Shown one piece after another: positions 26,253 to 39,412 of a stretch of 64,000 nucleotides of DNA; position 1 is the stretch's first letter, and every line of letters begins with the position of its first letter. The notes under the pieces are model-generated. The model was not told the origin of the DNA and did not search any database. It was given only the letters and a program-made list of their open reading frames with translations. Both the position numbers and the translations under genes were made by a program. The stretch is from Haliotis cracherodii (Eukaryota). The DNA lies in assembly GCF_022045235.1 (NCBI RefSeq), contig NW_027266286.1:806001-870000 (forward strand), in the 5' to 3' direction.

Positions 26253-27597
26253 TACTCAACAACAAAAGTTCCTGTGACACCAATATTTTAGTGTATTTTT
26301 CAAACAAGTAAAGTTTGGTTTTCAATATTGTAGTACATGTATGGAATCAAGTCTGCTACAGAAAAGCATGCATTCCATGCAAAAGTTGACAAACAACCAC
26401 TCAGAAAAACAACAAAATTACGCAATTATTCAACATTATGAAATGCAAGATCGAGTCAACGTGATGTTGCAAGACAATTTAACGTCCACAGAAACACCAT
26501 TTGGGGTTTATGGCAACGTTGGTAGCAGACGAATGCAGTCAGAGACCATCCTCGGAGTGGCAGGGCACGCGTAACAAATATTAAAACAACACACCTACGA
26601 AATCAATTCCATCCAGCAACAGTGACTGCAAGAAGCATCCCAGGCCTTCGACGAATATTGTTACAAACCGTACGTCGTCGCATCAGATGTGCAGGGATTG
26701 TCGCCAGAAGAACCGCCAGACGTCCCATTTTGACAGGAAACCACCTTCAAGCACGTCTACAGTGGTGCAGACAGCGTTTACGCTGGACAGCCATGCAGTG
26801 GGGACAAGTTCTATTCACTGACGAGTCTCGTTTTCATCTCAGCCACAGCGATGGACGGATTCGAGTGTACCGACATCGAGGTGAACGTTACGTCAATCAT
26901 TGTCTCATGGAAGAAGATCGGTTCGGGGTGGGTAACGTTATGGTATGAGGTGGGATTACAGCAAGACAGAGGACCCGTTTGATAGTGGTAGAGAGAAATC
27001 TCAATGGACAGCGCTACCACGACGAGATCATCGGCCCTGTTGTTCTACCGTTTTTGCGTCATCATGGCCCAGGCATTACCTTTCAACATGACAACGCCCG
27101 GCCTCATAATTTGCTCAAATTGCTTGACTTGTTCGACATTCACTAGAAAACAACGTGAATGTCATCCCCTGGCCGCCTCGCTCCGCTGATCTCTCACCAA
27201 TCGAGCACATGTGGGATGAGATGGATCGGCGCCTTCGACGTCAACCACGTGTTCCACAGACACTCAAGGAACTTCGAAACATGCTCCAGCAGATATGGAC
27301 AGATATCCCACAGGACTTTGTGCAATGCCTAGTCCATTCCATGAGACAAAGATGTGTTGCTTGCATTGCAACCATAGGTGCACACACACGCTATTGATTT
27401 GTAAATTGACATTTTGGCATGTTCATGTATTTTTTATGAAATCACGCATTTTCTGAAGTCAGTATGGCAAGTAAAACCATTCGAACATTTACAGGAGTCT
27501 TTTATCTGTTGCAAACCGAAATTGTTTCAGATTGGGTAAAAAACATAACTTTGCATTAAATCTTATTCAGTGTCACAAGAACTATTGTTGTTCAGTA
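26253..27597 (+). mobile_element. Tc1 DNA transposon with degraded transposase
   Basis: TIR tactcaacaacaaaagttcctgtgacac / gtgtcacaagaactattgttgttcagta with TA TSD. Motifs VLFTDESRF, QHDNARPH, WPPRSADLSPIEHMW and HTRY* lie in shifted frames. Confidence 0.95.
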
Positions 27598-27615
27598 TAT
27601 ATAACAACATTGAGT

Positions 27616-28333
27616 TAGAAGTTACCATCGGGAATCTGGAGAAACTACTGGGATAATTGCAATCATTATCAAATGAATAGTCTACTGGAAATCTGTGTAG
27701 CTGTGAATTTAGCGACGACATTAGACTAGCAGGATCAGTTTCCATATCTGTGCTTGTAGGCGTCTGCTGCTTGGAACCTTTTCACCCAATTAAACCAGTT
27801 GGATTTGGTCGACACATGTCCGAAGTGTTACCTTGTTTCATTTTGTCGTTGTATGTACATCTGATTGCACTTCATAACTCTATCACAGGACAGGCAGACA
27901 GACGTGAAGTCTCATAGACTAGGGTTAGAGTAGCTTCCCTTTGAAAAAGAGGTTACTCTCACGGACAGACGGAAAGGCAAGTAGAAACAGTTTGTGTAGG
28001 CAATTATTGTTTTGCCTATATGTAGTTACGCCACTGTATAAGAAACAGGTTCCAGCTGTTGTCGGCTGACACATCACTTACCTTCTGACGTAATATATAT
28101 TAATGCGCACATCCCCATGTTTGGGGAATGTTTGTGAGAGATGGGAGCAGATTTTTCGACCACATAATTGAAGAAAGACATATGATAAAGAGGTTATCAA
28201 GCGAGTGTGTTTGGGGATGGTAAATATCCTGTATGAGGAATAAACACTATGTAATTTGCACCCCAAATCTCGCTTTATACAATGTTTATTCCAAATATTT
28301 ACCATTCCCAAACACACTCGTGTGATAACTTCT
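27616..28333. mobile_element. Non-autonomous DNA element with a long terminal palindrome, copy 1
   Basis: Homologous to ~44120-44928. Palindrome agaggttatcaagcgagtgtgtttggggatggtaaatat...atatttaccattcccaaacacactcgtgtgataacttct at ~28190-28333. Confidence 0.75.
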
Positions 28334-28691
28334 ATTTCAGTGTTTCTGTTGGCTTTTGAAACTGCCTGTCCTTGTGGACTGGCAACTCTAAAAATTACCA
28401 GTCCCCACTAATTTTTGCAGTCCCAACTTTCAGCAAATAAAAAAGCCTATGAAAATTATTTAGTTTTAATTCTTTCAAGATCATGTTCAGTGCAAAAAAG
28501 ACGTCTCTGAAGAAACTCATAGTTAGATCTGTACGTCATTCACACAAACTTCAGTCACAATTTTCTCCCTTTTTTTTAATATTTCGAGATGAAGTTGCTA
28601 CAAAGGGATATTTAACCTAGAAATAGACAAGGGGAAACCCTGATGATAAAAGACAAGCTGACTTTGTTTGAAAAATGTTCTTTTATGAATA

Positions 28692-29247
28692 CTGTAAACA
28701 GCTTTATTTCTGCGCCGTTAAAATATTGCGAATACCACGCCAAAGACAATACTGCGACGAGATATTTTTGCGAGTTGCCGTGTTGAGATGACCCCTCGCG
28801 TACCAAACGATAGACCGCTTCTCTCCGAAGCTAGTTTTTCTGAGTTGGCCGGAAAGTTGACCGGAAGAGATTGCGACCAATTAACAAATACGATAATTGA
28901 CTCAACTCAGTGTCATGTCATGTGTGGACAAAATTGCAAAGGACACTGACGCAATTAAGCGAGATTGGAAGAAGGCAGGATTACTGTGAGGTAACAGTGA
29001 CACTAACTGGTCTGTTGACACTGTCATTTGTGATGTAATGTGTGACCATTCTGCATTCATTTGTGTTTTTAACTTATTGAGTAACTTGTAGTTCTGGTTG
29101 ATGATTTCAACATTTCATGACGTGTTGCAATGAATAAAGTATGTATGTGTTATTTATACTTATTTTTACGTTTTTAATTTTTGCGATTGAGTCTCGTTCG
29201 CAAAACTCGCAATAATAAAACGGTCGCCAAAAATTCCCTGTTTACAG
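28692..29247 (+). mobile_element. Internally deleted pogo/mariner-type element
   Basis: TIR ctgtaaacag / ctgtttacag with TA TSD. Remnant DKIAKDTDAIKRDWKKAGL (~28927-28983) resembles the C-terminus of pogo/CENP-B DDE transposases. Confidence 0.75.
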
Positions 29248-29628
29248 TATCACAATGTTTTCTTCATCAACAACGATTTAAAAGGAACTTGAACTACCGG
29301 TCCACAGGGGCGGGCAGGCACATGAACTACTGGTCCACAGGAAGGGGCAGTCACAAACTGTATTTGTATTCTTGTCACTGCTACCCACAACATAGCGAGA
29401 TACAGTCTGAACATCCATATCTCCTCGTGCTTCAGGTTTTGTAAATTGCCTTACAAGGTTACAAATAGCAGCTTTCTTCTTGTCATGAAAAAAATCACTA
29501 AAACCTAGAAGTTCAAATTTTTTGTTATGATAAAAGGATGACATTATGTTTCCCTTTCATTGAAGGTGTGTTCGGGCCAGGGGGTGTTGTGGGATGTTGT
29601 GCCTTGCGTTTCACATCGATACACCCAT

Positions 29629-30075
29629 TAGGGTTGGGACGAGTCCAAATTTACTACCCGGGTACCCACCCCTCTATTACCCGACCCTACCCGGGTACAT
29701 GCTGTCGGTCTCAAGAGATGGGTACAAAATGTCCAATTGGGAATAGTTTGACCTAAGCCCTGTACAAAATGTATTTAGATACAGTTTTTATATAAAACAC
29801 TGAATGCATACACTGAAGCTGACTGAAGTTTTATTTTTATTCAAACATATAAAAGTCAGAAGGAATGGGTGCACATATATATATATATATATAGTCAGAA
29901 ATAAGTGTGAACATTAGTGACTTGTTGTATAACCATATAGTTCTAGATCATTTTTGTCATTTAACAATATATCACGTGACTAACAATGGGTCCGGGTAGT
30001 CCTGTGGGTACCCGGGTCCTCCTCAGTACCCAGCCAACCCGAGTAGCCCAACCCGAGTTACCCATCCTAGCCCTA
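29629..30075 (-). mobile_element. hAT-like MITE (TAGGG termini), copy 1
   Basis: tagggttgggacgagt...acccatcctagcccta with subterminal acccg repeats. Inverted homolog of 42965-43291. Confidence 0.85.
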
Positions 30076-30531
30076 CACCCCCTGCTGCTGCATCAGGCCT
30101 GGGAGGCGGAATGATGGGTGGTGTACCTCTCCACTAGGGCTGCAGTCATTAGGACGTATTATACCAATGGTAGACAGAAACATCCTTTATTCATGACATC
30201 CCTTGCTGAGGCAAGTATAACAACAGATTAACTGCCAGCTTGGGGAGAGAAGCTACACTATTTATGGTTTTATTTGGGCACAATCTAGATAGGAACATAT
30301 CTAATATAGAGTATAATAGTCTTGCAAAGGCACTCAGACAGATTGTTTTGCTTGAAACGGAATAACCTGGAACAGCTGGTTTTGCCTGGAGCAGGAACTA
30401 GTGTATCAGCATCAGAAACAGCGTCGGGTTGGTCTGTCTTCCCATCCTGTTGTCTGTCTCAGGAAGGAGTCGATTTTTTTAAAAACAAAATCTTCCAAAA
30501 GTTTTTAAATTACTCATAGCGTGATAATTAG

Positions 30532-30962
30532 CAGAGCTCCAGATAACCTTTAGAGCAATTGAGTTTTTACTCTAGGGTTTCTATTTCAGTTTGGTTATTA
30601 CATTTTTCATCGAGTAACCAATATTTTTTCACTCATTTATTCATCACTCTGTTGTGTTTTTTCCAAAATTAGTGAACATTTTAAGATTTAAAAAGAATGA
30701 AATAATGTTTTAGATGTATATAACTGTTCTAAATATATAGGCTTGACTCGGAAAGTAAATTAGCCCGTAATTCTGTTTTGGAAATAGCTCCTTTGTATGC
30801 ATGCTGAAAAAGCTTCATTGGGTATTTACCCAAGCTGTTTTTAAACATTTCAGTTTTTTATTTTATGCATGCATTTCTCTACACAAGTTAATTGAAAGTA
30901 ATTGGGTTTTGAATATTTTGGGTGGGAAATTTACGCAAATATGCTGCTTATATGTAGCTCTG
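30532..30962. mobile_element. Non-autonomous TIR element (CAGAGCT ends)
   Basis: TIR cagagctccagataa / ttatatgtagctctg. Flanks taattag / taataag may be a 7-bp TSD. Confidence 0.65.
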
Positions 30963-32731
30963 TAATAAGTTCAAAAGTCTATGTCTCAGCAAGTATTATC
31001 CCTTTTTTTATTAAAAGTGCAACAATGAGCTTCCTCATCTTGTATACGCATACAAAACGTAGGGATGTGTGGTGAATTGATGTATCAGAATCTCACCTGG
31101 GATAAAGCCAACTAATAAACAAAGATTTACTGCATCAGGTGACAAAGTTACCATTTTCCTGTGTTTGTATTATGGAATTATCATGGTTCTGTTCGGTTGA
31201 ACAAAACCTTCCAAATGGCGTGCTGGTTTTCTTGGAGGAATTAGTCAGCAAAGAGTCGGAGTCACAGGAGATTTAATCACAATTTTATTTACCATAACAA
31301 TTAACAATGAGCAATATCTTAACTATAGCTGAGGGTGTCACAGAGAGTCGGTACAACCCTCTGGGCTGTGGGAGAGAGATCTGCTTGGTTAGAGTGACAA
31401 ACCCATTCTGCCTAACATTTTGCTTCAGTATGTATTTAACAAAAATTAGAACAATAAAAAGGAATATGATTGGTTGATACACGATGGGTTGTGCCCTATG
31501 CCATATGAATGGCTAGACAGAGGTGAATACTTAATTCTGTTAATCCTGTTGGCACTAATCTTGTTGACATATTTACTGGGTTCTTGGAAAGAGATTATGG
31601 TATCACTATAGACGAGCTTGTATGGGGGCTAATCCTTAATGAGTCTAAATTGAAGTAATTGCTGAATGTTATTCTAATATAGGTGATGACAGATTTACTT
31701 AAATAAAATAGTTCAAGGCAATCTAAAAGACTAAGTAGACATATCTTTTGTCTGGTAGATGGGATCTTGATACCTTAGGCTAGCATTTATCTAAAAGCTT
31801 CAAATCTATTAAACTATGTAGACATGATTCTTGTCTTATTGAATAGTATGTCTAGGAGATGCGCTCCCGTTACCTTAGGCTAGCATCTATCTAAAAAGGT
31901 ATAACTGAAACTATTGATATTTTATATGTGCATTTTACCTGATGATAAGTATTACTTGCTAAACTATAATTATATGAAATTATGTATACATATTACACCA
32001 TGATAACTCATAAAAAGCACTTGATGTGTATCTAATTATTATAGGAAAACTTAGTATAAATGTTATATCATGATAGTTGTACAACGTGTTAGCTGTTGGC
32101 TAGATAAGAGTTCTTTTCCTTGTGTGTTTTCTTACTGATCACGATCTCACTACAAAAACTCCAGCGACGTTGAGTCAGAAGGAACGTAATTATGGTGTCA
32201 GGTTATTTCACTCCAGGTATCATTTCTTCTTCTTTTATTTACTGTATTTCATCATCCAGCTGAAGTGCACAAGAAATCAGAAGGAAAGCAAGAGAGAAAT
32301 GAACTGATCCTGAAAAATAAAGAGTTTGTATTGAGGTCTAATGGCACCAGTAGTCACATTACACGTTTTCAGGTGAGTTCTTCTGATTTCTCTGTTGCCA
32401 GGAAATGTCACAAGTCATCAAGATTAAAGAAACTTTGCCTTTGAAAAAAATTCTCAGTACCAAGACAGCCGTAGCAGCTAACAGTTTTAGTCCACTTGTC
32501 TTTATAATGATAACATATAGCAAAACACTTAAAAGTGGCAAATTTCTACTAGTCCTTATGATACCTTTACTATTGGGTAGTTTTGTAAGGGCTACAGGAC
32601 CAGTGCCAAACACTGCAAGGGTTGAAACTGTCAGTAGTGTAGTGTCAACTACAGATATTTTGACTTGGCATCAATGTTTTGTAATGCAGGCGTAAGCAGG
32701 TTTGATAATTTGCTAAACTCTATGAAGTGTA

Positions 32732-33278
32732 ATCATGTGGTGTGAGATGTCACTCTCTCACACACTGCCACAACGAAGGCTACAGGCTATACAAGCAGTA
32801 GATATCAAGTTATCATGTGGTGTGAGATGTCACTCTCTTACACACTGCCACAACGAAGGCTACAGGCTATACAAGCAGTAGATATCAAGTTATCATGTGG
32901 TGTGAGATGTCACTCTCTTACACACTGCCACAACAAAGGCTATACAAGCAGTAGATATCAAGTTATCATGTGGTGTGAGATGTCACTCTCTCACACACTG
33001 CCACAACGAAGGCTACAGGCTATACAAGCAGTAGATATCAAGTTATCATGTGGTGTGAGATGTCACTCTCTTACACACTGCCACAACGAAGGCTATACAA
33101 GCAGTAGATATCAAGTTATGTGGTGTGAGATGTCACTCTCTCACACACTGCCACAACGAAGGCTATACAAGCAGTAGATATCAAGTTATCATGTGGTGTG
33201 AGATGTCACTCTCTCACACACTGCCACAACGAAGGCTATACAAGCAGTAGATATCAAGTTATCATGTGGTGTGACATG
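32732..33278. repeat. 80/73-bp minisatellite
   Basis: Unit atcatgtggtgtgagatgtcactctctcacacactgccacaacgaaggc(tacaggc)tatacaagcagtagatatcaagtt. Confidence 0.95.
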
Positions 33279-33722
33279 TCATGTAATCCCTGACTTGAAT
33301 ACAGACCTGGTACCTGTGCTGCTGGGCTCATGTAATCGCTGACTTGAATTCAATCCTGACACCTGTGCTGCTGGGCTCATGTAATCCCTGACTTGAATAC
33401 AGTCCTGTTACCTGTGCTGCTGGGCTCATGTAATCCCTGACTTGAATTCAATCCTGACACCTGTGCTGCTGGGCTCATGTAATCCCTGACTTGAATACAT
33501 TCCTGATACCTGTGCTGCTGGGCTCAAGTAATCCCTGACTTGAATACAGTCCTGGTACCTGTGCTGCTGGGCTCATGTAATCCCTGACTTGAATACAGTC
33601 CTGGTACCTGTGCTGCTGGGCTCATGTAATCCCTGACTTGAATACAGTCCTGGTACCTGTGCTGCTGGGCTCATGTAATCCCTGACTTGAATACAGTCCT
33701 GGTACCTGTGCTGCTGGGCTTA
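33279..33722. repeat. 49-bp minisatellite (~9 copies) abutting the previous array
   Basis: Unit catgtaatccctgacttgaatacagtcctggtacctgtgctgctgggct. Confidence 0.95.
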
Positions 33723-34334
33723 TGGGTTACACCAAAGGGTTAATATGGCCCTGACACCCATTATCCACTATCTCTCTGACTCAGTTGTCCAGAAGGGTCA
33801 AACAGTCTGTAGTAAACTGTTGTTGTATACCGGCTTAATTAGTAAAATGATTGTGACTTAGGGACTGAGCGTTTGATTTTCTGGTGGGGAATATACAATA
33901 GTTCAACTCCTTTCTTTACAGACAAGAATTGTGTTTTTTTGAAGAAGTGGCTGACACAAATTCTCCTGCCGTCAAGGGCCACGTACCCTATTTTTGAAAA
34001 CCCATCAACTAAGTCCCTGGAGCATGTTTTCTAGTTTTTGTTCCATAAATAACATGTGGAAATCAAATATAGAAGTTTAATGGCTCGAGTGCACATAAAT
34101 ATCAATAAACTTGGGTCTGAATGGGCAGATGTCGATCAGGGTCTGAGGCCAAGTCACAGTAATGTTAATTACGTGTTAATCTTCTCTGTTTTGAGTATCC
34201 TAATGGCTGTGGTCCTTGCCACAGATCAATGACAGTAGATTTATCTCCAGTCTACCTTGACAGAGTACATCTCTCAGTGTCAGTCAGCCTCATGTCGCAT
34301 CGGTTACGTCTTAATGCTATAATTTTTGTGCCAA

Positions 34335-34745
34335 ACCATTGTCTTTCAGCAATATACCATTGTCTTTAAACAATATACCATTGTCTTTAAACAATATACC
34401 ATTGTCTTTAAACAAAATACCATTGTCTTTAAACAATATACCATTGTCTTTAAGCAATATACCATTGTCTTTATACAATATACCATTGTCTTTAAACAAT
34501 ATACCATTGTCTTTAAACAATATACCATTGTCTTTAAGCAATATACCATTGTCTTTAAACAATATACCATTGTCTTTAAACAATATACCATTGTCTTTAT
34601 ACAATATACCATTGTCTTTAAACAATATACCATTGTCTTTAAACAATATACCATTGTCTTTAAGCAATATACCATTGTATTTAAACAATATACCATTATC
34701 TTTAAATAATATACCATTTTCTTTAAATGGTATTACCTTGTTTAA
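34335..34745. repeat. 21-bp minisatellite
   Basis: Unit accattgtctttaaacaatat. Confidence 0.95.
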
Positions 34746-34834
34746 AATGTCCCACATTATACTCAAACAATGTTTTTGGGGGCAAATCACTAAACTTGGT
34801 CAAGTTGGTAGAAGGACCAAGGTTCATACAAACC

Positions 34835-35378
34835 CATCTTCCTGAGGCAAGGGAGTTAACTGACTATAATAGTCCAGTTCCCACACTTTCCAAACTAGGC
34901 TGCAATTATGGTGTTGCATTTTAGTTGGACTAACGAGTCAAAGCATAGTCCAATCAAGATCGTGTAACCAACTTCACATCCAGTTCGTAAACAACATGGA
35001 TTTCAGGGTGCAGATTACATCGACTGCAGGATTTCAAAGTATGTTATCGCTAACTAGGCGTCAACAGATATTTTGCCAATTCTTTCATGTTTTTAATCAA
35101 AGTGCTCAAGTGATTTGATGCACTTCGCGGAGTAAGACCTGTTTTATTACAATACAGATCTTGATTATCAAGCAGATCGTCTTTGACTGGGCGCCGCTGT
35201 TTTGTTTGAAGTAAATGCAAATGATATGAGAGATGGAATCTGATTGGTGAATAGGAGGAACATTGAAAGGACATAATTCATAAAAGCCACCGGTGACGCA
35301 ACAAGCGAGCCTGGAAATCCCAGCCTAGTTCGGCAAGGGACTTTTATAGCCAGTTTACTCCCTTGTCTCAGGAAGATG
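34835..35378. mobile_element. Non-autonomous TIR element with 9-bp TSD (Mutator/MULE-like), copy 2
   Basis: TIR catcttcctgaggcaagggagttaactgactata / tatagccagtttactcccttgtctcaggaagatg. TSD atacaaacc (34826-34834) / atacaagcc (35379-35387). Confidence 0.88.
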
Positions 35379-35617
35379 ATACAAGCCCTCTATATGTGAT
35401 AACACACATTTTGTAATGTCTATTAATATATTCATTATAATCCTGTCCTCCTGGTTTACCAGACAGAATAAGCATTGAACCAGTATGAGTTCCATAGATA
35501 GAGGAAAGGGTGTGGCATTTAGAGTCACTGACACTAGTTCAACTCTGCATGAGTTCACTATGTATGATCATGGCTTATATGTCTTCTCGCAAACCCCAGC
35601 ATCCTAACAACGTAAAC

Positions 35618-37260
35618 ATGGTGTCTGCGTCCAAGAGTAAACATAACATTCGCTGATCTGTGTGTCGAGAAACATGGTGTTATATTGGACAATGTAGATG
35701 CGAAGAAATACCAAACTATTTACTTCAACAGCGGTAAAGGTATTTCGGGAGTATTTAGCTCAGAATGGAAACTCCATTCAGTTTGAAACTTTTCAATCAA
35801 TGTATTGGACAGAATGCTGGCAAAATTCTATTTGAAGCCAGAACCCAGGAAGGCAATTTCAAGAAAGTTCCTCATATTCAACCACTCCTTGAACATTCAA
35901 GACAGGACAAGATATAGATATAATCTAAGGAAGTGGATTCAAGGAATTATCGAAATCTTTCAAAGCAATTGCAAAAGAACAAAAGAACCGAGATCAAGCA
36001 CTACCCTCCTCCAGCCGATGCTGACATAACGGAACTCCATGACTACGTATTTAGCACCGACAGTCCTACACTTTCATAACACGATTTAGATCTATAATAG
36101 GATTTAGGAAATAATTACTTTGATAATTTCCAAATCATTTTCTTACCCAATAACTTGAGTTTTTTAGCTTTGTTTTTCCACTCCTATTGGTTGTCTTCTA
36201 TCAATATGTTTGTATGAATAAATTGACTTTATGGCACAGTGAAAAAATTGCAAAGGAAATTTCCAATAGAGTAAAATCTGAATATTTCGACTCTCATGCA
36301 GGTATTCATCGATGTCATGCTGCACTTTGGGACAAGGGGGGGGGGGGGGGGGGGGGGGAGAAAACCTCACAGGACTGAAGGTGAGGATCTACCTCTCACC
36401 ACGGATGCTGATAGCCACATGTGTCTACATCTGTATGGATGAATGCACAAAAAATCACCCAAGATGATGAGCACCATGATAGTGGAAGAATCAACGAGAA
36501 AAACGGTATTCCTTGTTTTATTAGTTTTAAAACGTCTGTATCAAGTTTTAAGAATTGTTTTTTTAACCCTAGATCATACAATAAAGATACAAGCTCTGTC
36601 GATTGTTTACAACCCTTGATGTCCTGTGAAACGGACGTTAAATATGTGCATCCCTTGAACAAGGACTGTGTGAAGCTTTCTCAACAGCCAAACACTGAGG
36701 CCGAGAATGGGGTGTACTACAACGCCATCGCTCTCGGGCATAATCAAATTGGATTCATGATATCAACTCTCAGTCTGAAGGTTGGTCTATCTACCACATA
36801 TACCAGCCACTCGCTACGTGCTACCACAGTACAGGTTCTTGACAATGCACAAGTCCCATCTGAGCACACCCTGACAGTCACCGGACACAAGTCCCATCTG
36901 AACACACCCTGACAGTCACCGGTCACAAGTCCCATCTGAACACACCCTGACAGTCACCGGTCACAAGTCCCATCTGAACACACCCTGACAGTCACCGGTC
37001 ACAAGTCCCATCTGAACACACCCTGACAGTCACGGGTCACAAGTCCCATCTGAACACACCCTGACAGTCACCGGTCACAAGTCCCATCTGAACACACCCT
37101 GACAGTCACCGGTCACAAGTCCCATCTGAACACACCCTGACAGTCACCGGTCACAAGTCGGAGTCAAGCCTGAAGACCGACACTGGTTAACTGATGACAA
37201 AGCTAAGGAGAGAATGTCCGCTGCTATCAGTGACAAGACATGTCCTGATGTTCTGTGACC
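35618..37260 (+). pseudogene. Degraded Crypton-type tyrosine recombinase (DUF3504/KCTD1-like)
   Basis: Fragments AVKVFREYL, LDRMLAKFY, KHYPP, CPVK, YYNAIALGHNQIGFMISTLSLKVGLSTTYTSHSLRATTVQVL and VTGHKSESSLK match the HSLRAT...TGH catalytic region. It has frameshifts, an unrelated stretch at ~36085-36560 and an internal minisatellite. Confidence 0.85.
36849..37158. repeat. 38-bp minisatellite (~8 copies) inside the recombinase frame
   Basis: Unit acaagtcccatctgaacacaccctgacagtcaccggtc. Confidence 0.97.
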
Positions 37261-38369
37261 TACTGATGTGGAACAACCCAGACTAGAGAAGATGCACTTC
37301 CTGACTGTTTGAGGGAGACATTCTCCAGTGTATGCCAATTCCCGAGGCAGTTACCGTTAAAGATTTTCATGTGCAAAATCATGTCAACACGAGCGAGTGG
37401 TTTGAAGACATGTTAAGCATGACAGGGTATCTGGAACACAACTTGCTTCGCGGAGAAAGCTAAAGTATGACATGGCTTGCTGTCAAAGCACGTGTAAAAT
37501 AAGGCAAATTGGACTCACTTGAGTTAAGGATATGACGTAATGATCGGACATTTCATTCAACAGATTCTATGTAGAACACATTCGTTAAGATAGGCCAGCA
37601 CAATAGGGTGCACCATAGCCAGCTACAATGGAGGTAGACTATTGACTGACTGACAGACAAAATCGTCTTTAGTTTCTTTTGTCATATTCATGTTTCTACA
37701 TCTTTCTAGGAAGAGATTCACATTTAATTCACGACATTTATTATCTGAATTACTTCATCAATATCAACTGTAAATAACCAGGATGAGACAAGCCAGTGAG
37801 TGATGTTATCAAGGATGGAGTTTCACAGCTGGGGTGGAGGCTTATCCTGAGCCAATATATCCATGGGTCCCAAACCATCACAAGGATATCTTGTATTTGG
37901 AGATCCCACCACAATATGGATACGGATAATATTTGCCTCGTCTCAGGGACGCAGGCTCATCACGTCAAATCCAACAGTATTGCTCTATATGTTATGTGCC
38001 TCTTATGCCCCAATCAGTGCAGTGCTGTGTATCATGCAGAGTTGTAACGTAGAGACCAGAGAAGAGAAATATTGTGGTGTTTAAATCTAAAAACCTGGTC
38101 ACATGCTACAGAAACAATAGGATAGGCAATCACTGGCCAAGCTGTGGCTGGACCAGATCACTAAAGACCTTACATAACTATACCCCGTACTTTACCTAAG
38201 GATTAGCAGAGAGTGCTCAGGTTAGTTTAAGGAGCTACTACCAGACTCAACTCAATTATTTACCTAAGTTTAAAACATGTAAGTTAAAATACACAATGTT
38301 TACATTCTGCTACATGTAACTCATATGAAATACTCTACGGTGACAATAGTGGGGCCACCAAGCACCCCC

Positions 38370-39412
38370 TGCACCCATGTTCCTACAGCCTGACGGGAGC
38401 CACATGCACCCATGTTCTTACATGCTCCCATCAAGCCTGTAGGAATATGGGTGCATGTGGCTCGCATCAGGCCTGTAGGAACATGGGTGCATGTGGCTCC
38501 AGTTAGGCCTGTAGGAACATGGGTGCATGTGGCTCCAGTTAGGCCTGTAGGTACATGAGTGCATGTGGCTCCATTTAGGCCTGTAGGAACATAGGTGCAT
38601 GTGGCTCCCGTCAGGCCTGTAGGAACATGGGTGCATGTGGCTCCAGATAGGCCTGTGGGAACATGGGTGCATGTGGCTCCAGTTGGGCCTGAAGGAACAT
38701 GGGTGCATGTGGCTCCTGTCAGGCCTGAAGGAACATGGGTGTATGTGGCTCCCGTCAGGCCTGAAGGAACATGGTTGCATGTGGCTCCCGTCAGGCCTGA
38801 AGGAACATGGGTGCATGTGGCTCCAGATAGGCCTGTAGGAACATGGGTGCATGTGGCTCCAGTTGGGCCTGAAGGAACATGGGTGCATGTGGCTCCTGTC
38901 AGGCCTGAAGGAACATGGGTGCATGTGGCTCCCGTCAGGCCTGAAGGAACATGGTTGCATGTGGCTCCCGTCAGGCCTGAAGGAACATGGGTGCATGTGG
39001 CTCCCGTCAGGCCTGAAGGAACATGGGTGCATGTGGCTCCCGTCAGGCCTGAAGGAACATGGGTGCATGTGGCTCCCATCAGGCCTGAAGGAACATGGGT
39101 GTATGTGGCTCCCGTCAGGCCTGTAGGAACATGGGTGCATGTGGCTCCCATCAGGCCTGAAGGAACATGGGTGTATGTGGCTCCTGTCAGGCCTGAAGGA
39201 ACATGGGTGCATGTGGCTCTCGTCAGGCCTGTAGGAACATGGGTGCATGTGGCTCCCGTCAGGCCTGTAGGAACATGGGTGTATGTGGCTCCCGTCAGGC
39301 CTGTAGGAACATGGGTGCATGTGGCTCCCTTCAGGTCTGTAGGAACATGGGTGCATGTGGCTCCCGTTCCTACAGGCCTTATGGGAGCCACATGCACCCA
39401 TGTTCCTACAGG
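38370..39412. repeat. 36-bp minisatellite with inverted-orientation units at both ends
   Basis: Core unit ggctcccgtcaggcctgtaggaacatgggtgcatgt (38424-39367). Reverse-complement units lie at 38370-38422 and 39366-39412. Confidence 0.95.

Noticed and set aside
31100-32700. Possible ancient LINE remnant on the minus strand
   Set aside because: Motif resemblance is too weak to support by eye.
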